From positions 1 through 64,000 of the forward strand of contig NIVC01001546.1 in NCBI GenBank assembly GCA_002269645.1: a DNA stretch of 64,000 nt, written 5' to 3'. Made by a program: the position numbers and the translations under genes. The notes beneath the pieces were generated by a model, which did not search any database, was not told the origin of the DNA, and worked only from the letters and a program-made list of their open reading frames with translations. This stretch comes from Macrostomum lignano (Eukaryota). Shown here one piece after another: positions 1 to 14,104 of this stretch (its first letter is position 1; each line of letters opens with the position of its first letter).

Positions 1-690
1 GATGGCTGCTGACTGGACGGATGCTGACTGGATGGTTGCTGACTGGATGGTTGCTGACTGGATGGATGCTGACTGACGAATGGTTGCTGACTGGATGGAT
101 GTTTGCTGACTGGATGGTTGCTGACTGGATTGTTGCTGACTGATGGATGGTTGCTGGACGACGATGGTTGCTGACTGGATGGTTGCTGACTGGATGGTTG
201 CTGACTGGATGGTTGCTGAATGGATGGATGGTTGCTGACTGGATGGTTGCTGACTGGATGGTTGCTGACTGGACGTATGGTTGTGACTGGATGGTTGCCG
301 ACTGGATGGTCGCTGACTGGACGGATGATTGCTGACTGGACGGATGGTTGCTGACTGGACGGATGGTTGCTGACTGGATGACTGCTGACTGGATGGTTGT
401 GACTGGATGGTTGCTGACTGGATGATTGCTGACTGGATTGTTGCTGACTGGATGGACGGTTGCTGACTGGATGGCTGCTGACTGGACGGATGCTGACTGG
501 ATGGTTGCTGACTGGATGGTTGCTGACTGGATGGATGCTGACTGGACGAATGGTTGCTGACTGGATGGATGTTTGCTGACTGGATGGTTGCTGACTGGAT
601 GGTTGCTGACTGGATTGTTGCTGACTGACGGCTGCTGACTGGACGGATGCTGACTGGATGGATAGTTGCTGACTAAATAGTTGCCGACTT
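1..690. repeat. 15-bp minisatellite (GGATGGTTGCTGACT)n, runs off the window start
   Basis: Tandem unit read directly; the 147..335 ORF is a by-product of the repeat. Confidence 0.95.
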
Positions 691-702
691 TAGAATAGCA
701 AG

Positions 703-3700
703 TTAGCGGCTATCAGAATTCGCGGATGAGCACATTCTCAGCAAACGCTTTTGCTCATGCAACTGCGTCTGCACTTTTTGTGCAGAAAAAAGGCTCACGA
801 AATTGTTGTAATCGCAACTTGATACTCGCAAATCTGCAAATGCACGAACTCTACTCACCGCAGTATAAAATAATCCAGCTGGAATAGCTTTCCTGGCGCC
901 TCCTTTGCTAAACGCCACGTACGCTTTTGGAATTGTAAGTCCTTGGCTCTTGTGAATCGTACTAGCCCAAGCCAATCGTAGTGGAAATTGTTGACGCGAC
1001 AATTGGCTCCTCCTTTAAACTTTTCATTCGTTACTGACAGAATTGGCACTACACGAATTGCACGATTATCTTGTACAATTGCCCCATTGCTGGGCCAGAA
1101 TAATTGTCAAATTCAACCCAAATACAATCTGGCCAATCCTTTGGTGATTGCCTTCCAGGAGCGTAGCAAATTCCTCGTACAGTTCCAACTGATCCATTCA
1201 CAAGTCCATTGCGTACTGACAGATTTCTAGTTAGCATTACTCGAGCACCAATACACAAATAGAGTCGCTTCTCCAGATTCGTATCCGATTTTTTATGTTC
1301 CTTCTTTTTGCCACACAATTTTGCTTCGTCTCCTTTACAAATTGCGTTAATTTGCCGCACAGGATTCAATTCGGAAACCATCTTTCCCAATAGCATGTAG
1401 TTGCGATTTCTCACATCCTCGTTAGTGTGATATAAAAATGTACACCCGCTTTGGAAACCTTCAGGCAAAAGGTCGGGAGCATAGACGCGACAATTGTTCA
1501 TCAACGAATTCCAGCAGGCTTCGTCGGCCTTGCCTTCGCGAAGTTTATCCAACAACTGGGCGAATTCCGTATCGTTTGCTTGTCGGACTTGTTCTGTCAG
1601 ATGCACAACCTTTTTGAACTCCATGTACAATTTATAGCCTTCAGATTTCAATATATCGTGCTTCTTTTGATTTGGATTGTAAACGTACAGTTGCGTGTCC
1701 AAAACTGGAGGCAATTGAAACACGTCGCCAATTAGGATTACAGATCGACCACCAAAACTCTGTTTACTGTGTTCTGGAAACAATTCGCGCAAACGAGCAT
1801 CCACCTTACGGAGTAACCTTTGGCCAAGCATGCTAAATTCGTCAATAAAAATGTAGCGCACATCTTTCCACTGCTCTTGCATCTCCATTAGGGATTTCTT
1901 GCCAACACCAGCACTAAAATTTACATTCAATTTCAAAGCCGAGTGCAAAGTTTCGCCTGCAATATTGAAAGCGGCTACGCCTGTTGATGCCATAATTCTG
2001 CATCTTGATTCTCCAATCAACCGACGCAATGTAGAAATCAAGTAGCTTTTTCCAGTTCCAGCGCTACCATACAAAATTGCTTTGAGAGGCTCCGGCTTTT
2101 CGCCTTGGTTTTCTTCGGCTAGTCTTGAAAGCTGCAAATGACTTTCAATTAGGTTGTACATTTCTCGCTGCCGAACATTAAGCGATTCAACACTGTTTAT
2201 CGGCATGTCAGCGACCTCTCTTGCGCCAAGTTTTAGGTCGCTACTTAAAAACGCCTTTGCTTCTCCAACCGTTGGAAACTGGCCGCCACTAGCTGCGCTC
2301 CAGTCAAAATTTTCTGGCGGCTTTGGCAATTGATCTTCTGGACAGGCCAATAGATTTCTCTCGCGATGAAGTGCCCCCACTGCAACCATCCAATCTTCTT
2401 GCTCTTCGTGCTCATAAGTTGGCTGAGCAGCAGATTGCGCATTTGCGTTGGTCATTTCGGGTAGCTCCGCAACTGCTTCGACTTCTTCGTCAGCTTCGTC
2501 GTTGCGCAAATCGTCCAAATTGGGCAGCTGCAGCTCGCATCGATTCTCAGCAGGCATGGCTTCGTACGCTTGCTGCCAGCTTGTGTGCAAACCTTTGGCT
2601 TCTCGCTCATTTCGCCAACAACTGTACAACAAAACCTGCTGCCGATAATAGCCTTCGCGTCTTTCGTCTGATTGCTCATTCGGTCGAAAAAATGGACTGA
2701 TTAGCAAAACTACTTGTTTCGGCCTTTTTGTGCACCTCCCATTAGGGCTGAGACAGTAGTCGGAAAAGAAACGAAACATTGTTACATTTTCCAAATTCTT
2801 TGCACGCTTTGAATACTTGTCGCAACTATTCCTGCAAACACCCTTTTCCTCCACTGCGCGGGTTTCGCCAGTCTGAACAAAAACAAATTCTCGCGAACCC
2901 TTGTACATTGACGTCTGCAATAGCAAATGCATTGCCTCTTGCGCCGAATAATCACGCGCTCCAACTTGCGCCATCAAGTGTTGTTGTACAACACGCCTTG
3001 CAGTGTTGCTACGCTGAAAATTGTTATCGGCATTCTGTTCTGCATTATCTTCCAACTCCTTATGAAGACGCTTTGTCAGCTCCGCCATATAATCCGACTC
3101 CTTTTCGCTTTTTGTCGCATACTTGATCAAATAGCGAATCAAATTCTTCACGGACGAAATCATTTGAACATCGACATTGGCTCTCCACATGCACAGCAAC
3201 TGCGGACTGTGAGAAATCATTCGCTCGTCGTTGCGCTGCGTCTCAACTTGCCAATTTAAACGGGATACTCGCTTTGCAACAGTCTTTTCCTGCGGCTCGC
3301 GCGGATACTTGAATCGGCACTCTTGTTTGCCTTTTACTGTTCGCAAGCACTTTTTACTGCAAATAGTGTGCCTCTCTGTCAAATGCGAAATTAACTGCAA
3401 ATCTTGCTTGTCATTTTCAATCTCTTCCGGTTTCAGTTGAGCTGGATGACCTTGACCTGCTAAACTGCCATTCAAAACTTGATTTCCATAATCCGATTCG
3501 TCCATGGCCAAATTCCAACTACAGATGTACTTGTCAACAAAGCTCGTCAATTCTTCTGCATTCAATGTATTCGATGTCACATCAACACCATCTGGCATCC
3601 AAATGCAACCGTGAACGTGTGGACTTCCGCGACTCTGATATTCTATGCGAAACCAATAATCGTTTACTTTCCAGTGCTCGACCAAAAAACGTTTCAAACA

Positions 3701-6700
3701 TGTTTCAAATCGCAACCAAAACACAGTGTCTGCCATTCCGGGATCTTTTTGCAACTTTGACAACATTTCTGCTCTTAGTTCTACATTGCTTTCATATTGC
3801 TCTGCATCGATTCCCCAGGCATGCTGCAACTCTGGCCAATGTACATCTGCTGCCGATAGTGTCACGAAAAAATGAGGAACACCAAGCGTTCGAATCATGG
3901 CTTCCAATTGCCGTCCTTTACTCTGCCAATAAGCGCTTGTGCCTCGCAAATCTGATGCTCGAACTGACACGCTAGCCAATACTGCCGGGTCATTTAGTGC
4001 TTCAATCATTTCCTTGGCACTTAATCCAGCATACTTGTTGTCGTGTACAAACACGCGACCAACTTCCAGCGCCCTCCAACGCATCACCATATTTTCAATG
4101 TAAAATTTAAACCGCAAATCGGTACGAAATCTTGGACACCGGAATTGCATCAAATGCTTTGCATAGTCGCCCAAACTTAGTCCAAAATTACGTGGCGTAC
4201 TATAATCTCCTGCTCCATCCGGAAAGAGATGAGGATAAGCCAATGTAAAATATCCTTCATCCTGAAATTCGTTTACCGGCTCGTTGCTTCTTGCTGGCCA
4301 TTTCAATTTTTCACTCAAAAATTTGTCTCGTACTGCCGATTCCAATCGACGCAAAGGAGTCTCCAACAGCGAACTAATTGTTTCCTCGAGCTCGTTCGTC
4401 TCGTCCGCATTTTTTTCTACTTGTTGCTGCAATCGCTCAGCTCTGGCTGAGCCGCCTTCTTGCTGTGCCGCCTCGAAATTCACTTCATTGTCAGACTGCA
4501 TTTCGACAATCATACCTTCTACTTGATGAGCATAACCATCTTCAGGCAGATGTAGCAACGCATCATTATTCATTGAAACCTGATACTGTCTAAAGTACTT
4601 GTTGTTTGCCATTAAATAGCGCATCGCATTAGTCACTTTGTCGCGTCGAACTCGCAAATTGTTCATTGTGCCGCTTTGCGCTTCTCCAGGCTGAACACGG
4701 GCTCTTTCGTCGTACATTAAAACAACTGGCAGAGATCGTCTTGGCAGCTCTCGCAAAACGTGCGACTGATCTTGAGGCAACATGATTCCGTGTCCTCTCG
4801 ATTTTGTTTGCTTTTGGGGAAAAATTTGTACCACAACAATAACCGACAAAACTGGCGAAATCAACATTTGCTCTGCTACACTCAAATCTTGCAAATCTTC
4901 TGGCTGCTCCAACATCGGAATCGCATTGTTTTCTTGGCTAAACGATTTCGGCTCATTGTCATCTCTGAAACAACGATCGCACATGTCTTCAGAATCGATG
5001 CTAAAATATTTTCCAGGAAACTTTTCCCTACACACGTAGCACTGTTTCAAATGTGATACTTTTGTTATGTTTTCATTGAAAAAGTCTTGCCTCATCTTTT
5101 TGAACTGGTCTGTGAACGGATTGCGAAGGCACTTTGGCAGATTAGGATCTCCGATTTCATCTTCAACAATTGGAGCATCTTGAGCGCTCTCTTCTGAAGT
5201 GCTGCTCTGCGGAACATTTTCTTTAGCTGGCTGCTGCTCCATTGTAGGCCGCTTTCTGGGTGACGAACGGATCGCTTCATCAGGCTTCTCCTGAGTAGCA
5301 CGTGTCTTTCGTGGTGATGAATACGTAGAAGTAGCTGGAATATTATCAGACTGACGTTTATCTTGCTGCTCCTGCTGCAAAGGTGCCGTCTTCCTAGGCG
5401 ACGATCGAACGGGTTCGCAGATATGATTTTCTGCGTTTGTCAATCTCTGTTTCCGTGGTAAAGAATTTGCATAGTTGACCACTTGCTGCTGGTTTTTCAA
5501 ACGCTCGCTGCGACGAGTAGGAGCACTTGGTACAACGTCGCTCTTCTTTTCTCGACCTCTTCCTTTTTCCAAATGGCAAGAAACGCTTGAAACCGCCGAA
5601 ACTGAGTCGCCACAACCGATGCAACTGCAACATGGTGCTCTCCGAGTGCGACTGCTTCTTCTCAATAAGCTCTGACCAGATACACTAGAGGCTGCAACAG
5701 ACACAGACTCTAATGTGTTTGCTTTAGCGCTCAGTCGACTACTCCGACGCGTAGCGCAACTTGCCTTCCCAACATCCTTTTTACGCCGACTGCGCCGCGG
5801 AACATTTGATGGCACGGACTCTGACACACGATCACTTTTAACTGACTCTGACACATGCTCAATTTCAACTGACTCTGCGCTATCCTCCGCGTCAAGATCG
5901 ACATTCCAATTCCAGACAGAGTTGTTCCGATCCCGAAGCACTTCATATGAATTCGGATGCGCAAACAAACTCGTATTATTTTCCAAGGACTTTGCTTGAT
6001 TTCTACAACGTCCCTTCCAATGCCTACTTTGAACTCGGGTCCAGTCTGCAACCTTTTCAAAAGGCGTCATTGGTGGAGCTGGAGGTGGCATCATTACAAC
6101 AGGATCTTCGACAACATGAACATTCTCGTTGAGAGGGGGCATTTCCACATTCTTGGCGCTCAAATCTCCTTGGCCAGTCGGCCGAACTGAGCTTGCTTCA
6201 TTAACTTCCAAATCATTGACACGAACGATTTCGTAGTGTTGACTACCAGGATTAAACAACAATCGAATAGTAGCCAAACGTTCTCCAATATTCGGTCGGG
6301 AATAATGGCCAGGCCGCGCTAGATTAAGCATGTTTGACTGATAAATAAACACTTCTAGCCGCAACAGTTCACCAATTAGTTCTGGAACTCCGCATGGCAC
6401 GTACATACGGGGACGCCTTGTATCGTCGCGCACTTTTTCCCAATTCAGTCCTGTTTGCATAATTCTTTCCTGATTATTGACATCGCGATGCACCCATTGC
6501 TCGAATTCTGCAGCAACCGCATCTCGAAAATCTTCTACGCTTAGCGATTGATAGGCGGAAAAACCTGGCAGTTCTTGTAATTGTCTCAATATGGCCGTGA
6601 AAAAACAGTTGCCGTCACCTCGTACATTCTCAACGCGACACGAAGAAAAAGGAACCCATACAGGTTGGACTTGTACAGCAGCAGTTACATGACCTTCGGC

Positions 6701-8144
6701 AAAATCCATTGCAGTAGCACCTGTTTCATCTGTAAAAGAATACAACTCTTAAACAGTGAGGTATGATAATTTTAAGGAATTGAGCATTAATTGTATTTTG
6801 CACAAGTCGTAAACACTAAAATCTAATTTTCAATATTCGCAAGCAAAGTCAGATGTAAGAAAGAAAATTAACTTGTACTATGCATAGAAATTCAATAAAA
6901 AATAAAACTCTCACCAGCACTCAAGTAGCCTATAAGTTGCTCATTGTAAGCAGCACCAGAATTGGGCACTTCAGCATCACCTTCGACCACGGGGTATTCC
7001 GAAGCAGCCAGAGCGTCGGCCAGAGCAGCATCATGTTCAGCTAGCAGGGCAGCCAGACCAGCCTCGTCCAGCTTAATCACAGACTCAGTTTTAGCAGCAG
7101 CATCAGCAGAAGCACCAGCTTTAGTCCCAGCAGCGGCAATAGAAGAGGCAGCAGCAGCTTCCGGTTGTACATCTGGCTCTTGAATCTGTTCTTCGCCAGC
7201 AGTTAAATCACCGACAGCAGCAACTTTAATATTATTCTTGGAGCGGCTCCAGTTTTTCTTCTTCGGCCGTCCGCACTTTTTCGCACCTGTTTAAAGTCAC
7301 AGTAAAAAAGAAATTTATAAATCTACCTATATATATATATATATATATATGTCTGTCCATCTATTTCGCTCTAGAGCGTGCCATTCTTGATCAATTTTGA
7401 TAGCGTTTTTTCTAAACTATTGCAGATTTTGCACTGATTATACAGTGGTCAAAATTTCTTAAATCTGCTCAAATTCTAAGGGTGTTAAACATTCGAAAAT
7501 AGAGTTTCTATAATTATTTTAATGATCTGTCAAACAAGGTCAGATTCCAATTGAATTTATTCCCTTTGTCAAAACTATTCAGTCGAAACTACTCAGTCGA
7601 AACTATTGAGTTCACACTATTCAGTCAAAACTACTCAGTCAAGATTATTAAGTCTAAACTATTCAGTTGTAACTATTCAGTTGAAATTATTCTGTCTGTC
7701 AAAACTATTCAGGCGAAACTATTCAATCTAAACTATTGAGTGTGAACTATTGATTTGAGCTGCGTCAGTTAAGAGTTTGAAAAATTCACATTTTTAGACA
7801 TCTGAAAAACACTTTTTTACAGAATTACCTGTGAACTATTCAGTGTGAGTTATAGTGTGAACAATTGAGATTTATTGTTTGGTAAATAAATTGTGTAGTG
7901 CAGGAACTTTTTAGTTTGTCTGTTGCCCAAATGGGCAGCCAAGAATGCTAGTAAAAGCTGGTTTCCTAAGGTGTGAATATTAATAATAAAGGTAGGATTG
8001 CTTTGAAACTATTCCTGAAAGTAGCACCTATCACCTGCAAGTTGCAACAAATGTACAAAACTTACTATTGGCAGCAACAGAAGAAGCACTTGTATCCTTG
8101 TTAATGCTAGTGTTGTCCTTGATGCTGTTTTTGTCGTTGCCCAT
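703..8144 (-). CDS. Helentron/Helitron2-type RepHel protein: AT-hook, OTU protease, Zn finger, HUH Rep and Pif1 helicase; 3 exons; two frameshifts near the 3' end
   Basis: Exons 8144-8066, 7286-6915 and 6729-~1049, with GT-AG sites all in phase 1. Motifs: OTU VRGDGNCFF...HYEIV; Rep FFVTLSAADVHWPEL, IEYQSRGSPHVHGCIW, YLIKYATK; helicase GSAGTGKS, FIDEFSM, GDVFQLPPV, QVRQ. The C-terminal QFPLRLAWASTIHKSQGLT...YTAVSRV lies in 703..1002 after frameshifts near 1080 and 1000. Confidence 0.92.
7322..7951 (+). mobile_element. Non-autonomous canonical Helitron (~630 bp) in intron 1 of the RepHel gene
   Basis: A|TC 5' end at 7322 followed by (TA)n; 3' hairpin GTTGCCCA-AA-TGGGCAGC (7922-7939) then CTAG|T at 7948-7952; AT target site; internal aactattcagt subrepeats. 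Confidence 0.8.
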
Positions 8145-9350
8145 CCTGTCTAAATAAACATGTTAGTAAATATTTCAGAATGATAAAGAAACTAATTAGC
8201 TAAACACAGAAAACATGCTACTCTTTACCAAGTTAACTCAACTCTTTTCTGGTGGCAAATTTAGTTAAACTACGAACACTAGCACTGCTACTGGATTGTG
8301 GATTAATATGCTGCAGCATAATATACTGGCATATAGGCGGTGTGTGCCATGTAGTTTTTGTGCTTTCAACATTTTTTCTTGGATTTAGTGCATATTTTCT
8401 AGAGTTTTTTCAGGCATATTCCATGTTTTTGTACATGCTTCTAGGAATTCTATATCAGCAAAAAAACATCCCTTGGTAAAAATTCACCATAAACTAAGTG
8501 TCTAGCACTTTCAAGCATTGCTTGATATAAGGAGCATTGGCATGTATATATTGTCTAGCAAAAATGCTAAATTTATAATAAATTGAGCAGAATTTATAAA
8601 AAGTGTCCACAAACTTCTACCATTAAGCAGAGTACTACAGATATTTGTACTATGCTAAACATATGAAGAAATAAAAAGAATACTTACTTCAAAACTAAAG
8701 TCTTAAGTCAAAATTATGCAAACAAAAGGAAAATTCAAGTTAAATTTGACTGATAACTACAAAATAAAATGTGAAAGGATGAGTACTTTTAAAAGATATA
8801 TGTAAATATGACTATAATTTATAAAAATATGGAGCAAAAAGCAAAGCAGAGAAAAAAAACGTAAATATTTGGCAGAATACAATTAATTAGCTATAAAATA
8901 ATATTAAAGTACTATACTTCAGTTATATTTCAAATAAAATTTGAAGCTTACACTTACAGTGTAAAACTGATAACAATTGAATATATTACAATTAAAACTT
9001 GTACTTGTAGAATATAATATATTGTACAATAATTATATATAATGTAGTAGGATACGAATAAATAGCGTAACAAAACCGAATATTATAGCTACAGATTGAA
9101 GCTTGAAAATATTTCAGATTTAGATAGCGTTTGCTTAGATAAGTTGCTTTGAAAATTTGGGGTCAAATTTGTCCTACAGCAATAAACTACTGTTAACATA
9201 ACCGATTTAAATTTAAATTTTTGTAGAAATTATAAGGAACAGAACGACTGAAATGTACAGTTTAATTATTTCAAAATTAAATAATTTCGAATTCTATTTT
9301 ACCTTATTGCTTTCTTCAATTAAATTTTGTTATACAATTTATAAAATGCC

Positions 9351-12300
9351 TATTTTCAAAATATACCTCAAAAAGTAAGTTCAACAGCTTTAAAAATGCG
9401 CACGTTTTTACACTTCACGGCTCCAAAAAGTCACCATAGAAGATTTTTGCAGGACGCAAGACTTTTTACGTTACAAAATAGCACTTTTATGTGCATTTTT
9501 TATTCAGTTTCAAAAGGCTTTTTAGTTACCTATTTGGTATTTTTTGTTTTAAAGATTTTTGCGAAATCAGGTCATTTTAACTTGTTACGAAACTGTGGAC
9601 CCACACTTTTACGCAACGCAATGCGCATGATGTCATCTTAAAGCACTTGCTAAATGCTATTTATTGACACTACACTGAAGGCCTGGCGTAGGATAGTTAA
9701 TAAATGGCAGCGTGAAATATAGCAAAAAAACGCATAGTACCGGAACCTCGTAATTCGGTAAAATGTTAATAGCGTCAAAATACGAATTTTCGCACACTAA
9801 CGAAGATGGCAGTCATCTGTACGTGTTTACTGGGCACAATAGTGCTCTTGGAAGCTAAGAACCTCATAGCGAAAATTAATATATTTTCCGCCCTATGTAG
9901 TGCTCAAATGGGTTGTTTTTGCACAAAATCACGTTTTTCGATTTTGAGAGTCAATTAAAAATTTTTTTTGCAACTGACAGACGTGAATGTCACTTTTTCT
10001 GAGAGTATTCATCTAGATGTTTCTAATAAGTACTAATATGGGTCATTCTTATGCTTCACCTATCCTTAGTATAGGTACAAAGTCATTATTTCATTTCCAG
10101 CAAGTCACGTGACCTGGCCTGAGGTGTACAACGCATCGTGCAATGCCAGCGAACATACACTCAAATTAAAGCACTTTTTAAATGCTAACTATTGACACCA
10201 CACTGAAGGCCTGGCGTAGCATCGTTAATAAATGGCAGCGTGAAATATAGCAAAAAAACGCATAACACCGGAACCTCGTAATTCGGTAAATGTTATTAGC
10301 GTAAAAATACGAATTTTCGCACACTAACGAAGATAGCAGTCATCTGTACGTGTTTACTGGGCACAATAGTGCTCTTGGAAGCTAAGAACCTCATAGCGAA
10401 AATCAATAAATTTTTCACCCTATGTGTGCTCATATAGGTTGTTTTTGCACAAAATCACGTTTTTCGATTTTAAAAGTCAATTATAACAAAATTTTGCAAC
10501 TGACAGACGTGAATATCATTTTTTCTGACAGTAGTCATCTAGGTGTTTCTAATAAGTACAAATTTTGGTTCATTCTTACGCTTCACCTATCCTTAGTATA
10601 GGTACAAAGTCATTATTTCATTTCCAGCAAGTCACGTGACCTGACCTGAGGTGTACAACGCATCGTGCAATGACAGCGAACATACATTCAAATTAAAGTA
10701 CATCTAAAATGTAGTTCAATGACACCAAGCGCGTCGCGCTCCGGTAATCCGCTCAAAAGTTACAGGCTAAAAAGTATGTTCGATATGCAAGCCCCCCGTA
10801 CCGTCGTTAAAGTACATTTCTGTACCGGCAGCGACTTCAATAAACTAAGACGAAATTTCAAAATATACATATTGTGCGCAATTTAGTTGTGCACCTTGCC
10901 TAAAAAGTCTGATTTTCCTAGCATGTCGTCGTTTCTTATTTTTTGTACATTTGTATCATGAAAAATACATAAAAATAGCCTAAATCACGTTTATCGACTT
11001 TAGCAGTGTATGGCTCAGAGTCAGTGCAACGAAACGGCTCAAAATGTATTATAAACATGTAGATCTTACCTAAATGACCGCATTCATGTACTTTTTAGAG
11101 TCTCGCAACAAGGTTGAATTTCCTTTATTTCGGTTCGAATACCTACCCGTCGAATATTCGAATGTAATTAACAGGTGCGAATGTACAGTTAAAGTGAGTA
11201 TCTTGGTTAAAGTCGTGCGTCATGTAAGAGTCCCAGGTGCCATTGTTAGAATGACGCAGCTCAAAGGTCGCGCTGACGCGCGACCTTTGAGCTGCGTCAG
11301 TTGAAAGTTGATAAAAATGCGCATTTTTTGACACTTAAAAAACACACTTTTACAGAATTACCTATCAAGGTAAGCATTTAGCGGAAAATAACCAATCAGT
11401 GTCTTGAAGGTCTGAAAATTCGCCAAAAGTTGGGTTCAATCAATTTTTGACTCCATATTGTGAATCCTTATTTTTTGAGATTCAAGATTTGGACGGGTCT
11501 AAAAAAAGTCACTTTTTTGTTGCCATGGCAACCAAGACGCGTTGCTATGGAACTTTCACGTCACACATCTTGTAGCCCTAAATGTTTTACGTCCATAGAG
11601 GGGTCACACATGGTTTCATCTCAAGTGGTTTTAACTCTGCATCAATTTTATTTTCTAAAACGTTGATTTTACGTTGGGGGAGTCTCCGGGACATCTTATC
11701 TCGGTCTCGTTTGTCCCTTAACACTTAAATTTTCAAAATATTTTCAAAATATACCTCAAAAAGTAAGTTCAACAGCTTTAAAAATGCGCACGTTTTTACA
11801 CTTCACGGCTCCAAAAAGTCACCATAGAAGATTTTTGCAGGACGCAAGACTTTTTACGTTACAAAATAGCACTTTTATGTGCATTTTTTATTCAGTTTCA
11901 AAAGGCTTTTTAGTTACCTATTTGGTATTTTTTGTTTTAAAGATTTTTGCGAAATCAGGTCATTTTAACTTGTTACGAAACTGTGGACCCACACTTTTAC
12001 GCAACGCAATGCGCATGATGTCATCTTAAAGCACTTGCTAAATGCTATTTATTGACACTACACTGAAGGCCTGGCGTAGGATAGTTAATAAATGGCAGCG
12101 TGAAATATAGCAAAAAAACGCATAGTACCGGAACCTCGTAATTCGGTAAAATGTTAATAGCGTCAAAATACGAATTTTCGCACACTAACGAAGATGGCAG
12201 TCATCTGTACGTGTTTACTGGGCACAATAGTGCTCTTGGAAGCTAAGAACCTCATAGCGAAAATTAATATATTTTCCGCCCTATGTAGTGCTCAAATGGG

Positions 12301-14104
12301 TTGTTTTTGCACAAAATCACGTTTTTCGATTTTGAGAGTCAATTAAAAATTTTTTTTGCAACTGACAGACGTGAATGTCACTTTTTCTGAGAGTATTCAT
12401 CTAGATGTTTCTAATAAGTACTAATATGGGTCATTCTTATGCTTCACCTATCCTTAGTATAGGTACAAAGTCATTATTTCATTTCCAGCAAGTCACGTGA
12501 CCTGGCCTGAGGTGTACAACGCATCGTGCAATGCCAGCGAACATACACTCAAATTAAAGCACTTTTTAAATGCTAACTATTGACACCACACTGAAGGCCT
12601 GGCGTAGCATCGTTAATAAATGGCAGCGTGAAATATAGCAAAAAAACGCATAACACCGGAACCTCGTAATTCGGTAAATGTTATTAGCGTAAAAATACGA
12701 ATTTTCGCACACTAACGAAGATAGCAGTCATCTGTACGTGTTTACTGGGCACAATAGTGCTCTTGGAAGCTAAGAACCTCATAGCGAAAATCAATAAATT
12801 TTTCACCCTATGTGTGCTCATATAGGTTGTTTTTGCACAAAATCACGTTTTTCGATTTTAAAAGTCAATTATAACAAAATTTTGCAACTGACAGACGTGA
12901 ATATCATTTTTTCTGACAGTAGTCATCTAGGTGTTTCTAATAAGTACAAATTTTGGTTCATTCTTACGCTTCACCTATCCTTAGTATAGGTACAAAGTCA
13001 TTATTTCATTTCCAGCAAGTCACGTGACCTGACCTGAGGTGTACAACGCATCGTGCAATGACAGCGAACATACATTCAAATTAAAGTACATCTAAAATGT
13101 AGTTCAATGACACCAAGCGCGTCGCGCTCCGGTAATCCGCTCAAAAGTTACAGGCTAAAAAGTATGTTCGATATGCAAGCCCCCCGTACCGTCGTTAAAG
13201 TACATTTCTGTACCGGCAGCGACTTCAATAAACTAAGACGAAATTTCAAAATATACATATTGTGCGCAATTTAGTTGTGCACCTTGCCTAAAAAGTCTGA
13301 TTTTCCTAGCATGTCGTCGTTTCTTATTTTTTGTACATTTGTATCATGAAAAATACATAAAAATAGCCTAAATCACGTTTATCGACTTTAGCAGTGTATG
13401 GCTCAGAGTCAGTGCAACGAAACGGCTCAAAATGTATTATAAACATGTAGATCTTACCTAAATGACCGCATTCATGTACTTTTTAGAGTCTCGCAACAAG
13501 GTTGAATTTCCTTTATTTCGGTTCGAATACCTACCCGTCGAATATTCGAATGTAATTAACAGGTGCGAATGTACAGTTAAAGTGAGTATCTTGGTTAAAG
13601 TCGTGCGTCATGTAAGAGTCCCAGGTGCCATTGTTAGAATGACGCAGCTCAAAGGTCGCGCTGACGCGCGACCTTTGAGCTGCGTCAGTTGAAAGTTGAT
13701 AAAAATGCGCATTTTTTGACACTTAAAAAACACACTTTTACAGAATTACCTATCAAGGTAAGCATTTAGCGGAAAATAACCAATCAGTGTCTTGAAGGTC
13801 TGAAAATTCGCCAAAAGTTGGGTTCAATCAATTTTTGACTCCATATTGTGAATCCTTATTTTTTGAGATTCAAGATTTGGACGGGTCTAAAAAAAGTCAC
13901 TTTTTTGTTGCCATGGCAACCAAGACGCGTTGCTATGGAACTTTCACGTCACACATCTTGTAGCCCTAAATGTTTTACGTCCATAGAGGGGTCACACATG
14001 GTTTCATCTCAAGTGGTTTTAACTCTGCATCAATTTTATTTTCTAAAACGTTGATTTTACGTTGGGGGAGTCTCCGGGACATCTTATCTCGGTCTCGTTT
14101 GTCC
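9351..14104. repeat. Tandem duplication of a 2366-bp unit (9351-11716 and 11739-14104; period 2388 bp) with internal ~530-bp subrepeats
   Basis: Identical ORFs offset by exactly 2388 bp (9396/11784, 11074/13462, 11460/13848); unit ends read directly. Confidence 0.95.
11252..11299. other. Perfect 22-bp-stem hairpin (second copy at 13640-13687)
   Basis: TGACGCAGCTCAAAGGTCGCGC-TGAC-GCGCGACCTTTGAGCTGCGTCA. Confidence 0.9.

Noticed and set aside
680-712. Canonical Helitron 3' end (hairpin + CTRR) right after the RepHel stop
   Set aside because: Only a 5-bp stem, and CTAA is followed by A rather than T. The protein is Helentron-type, which uses different ends.
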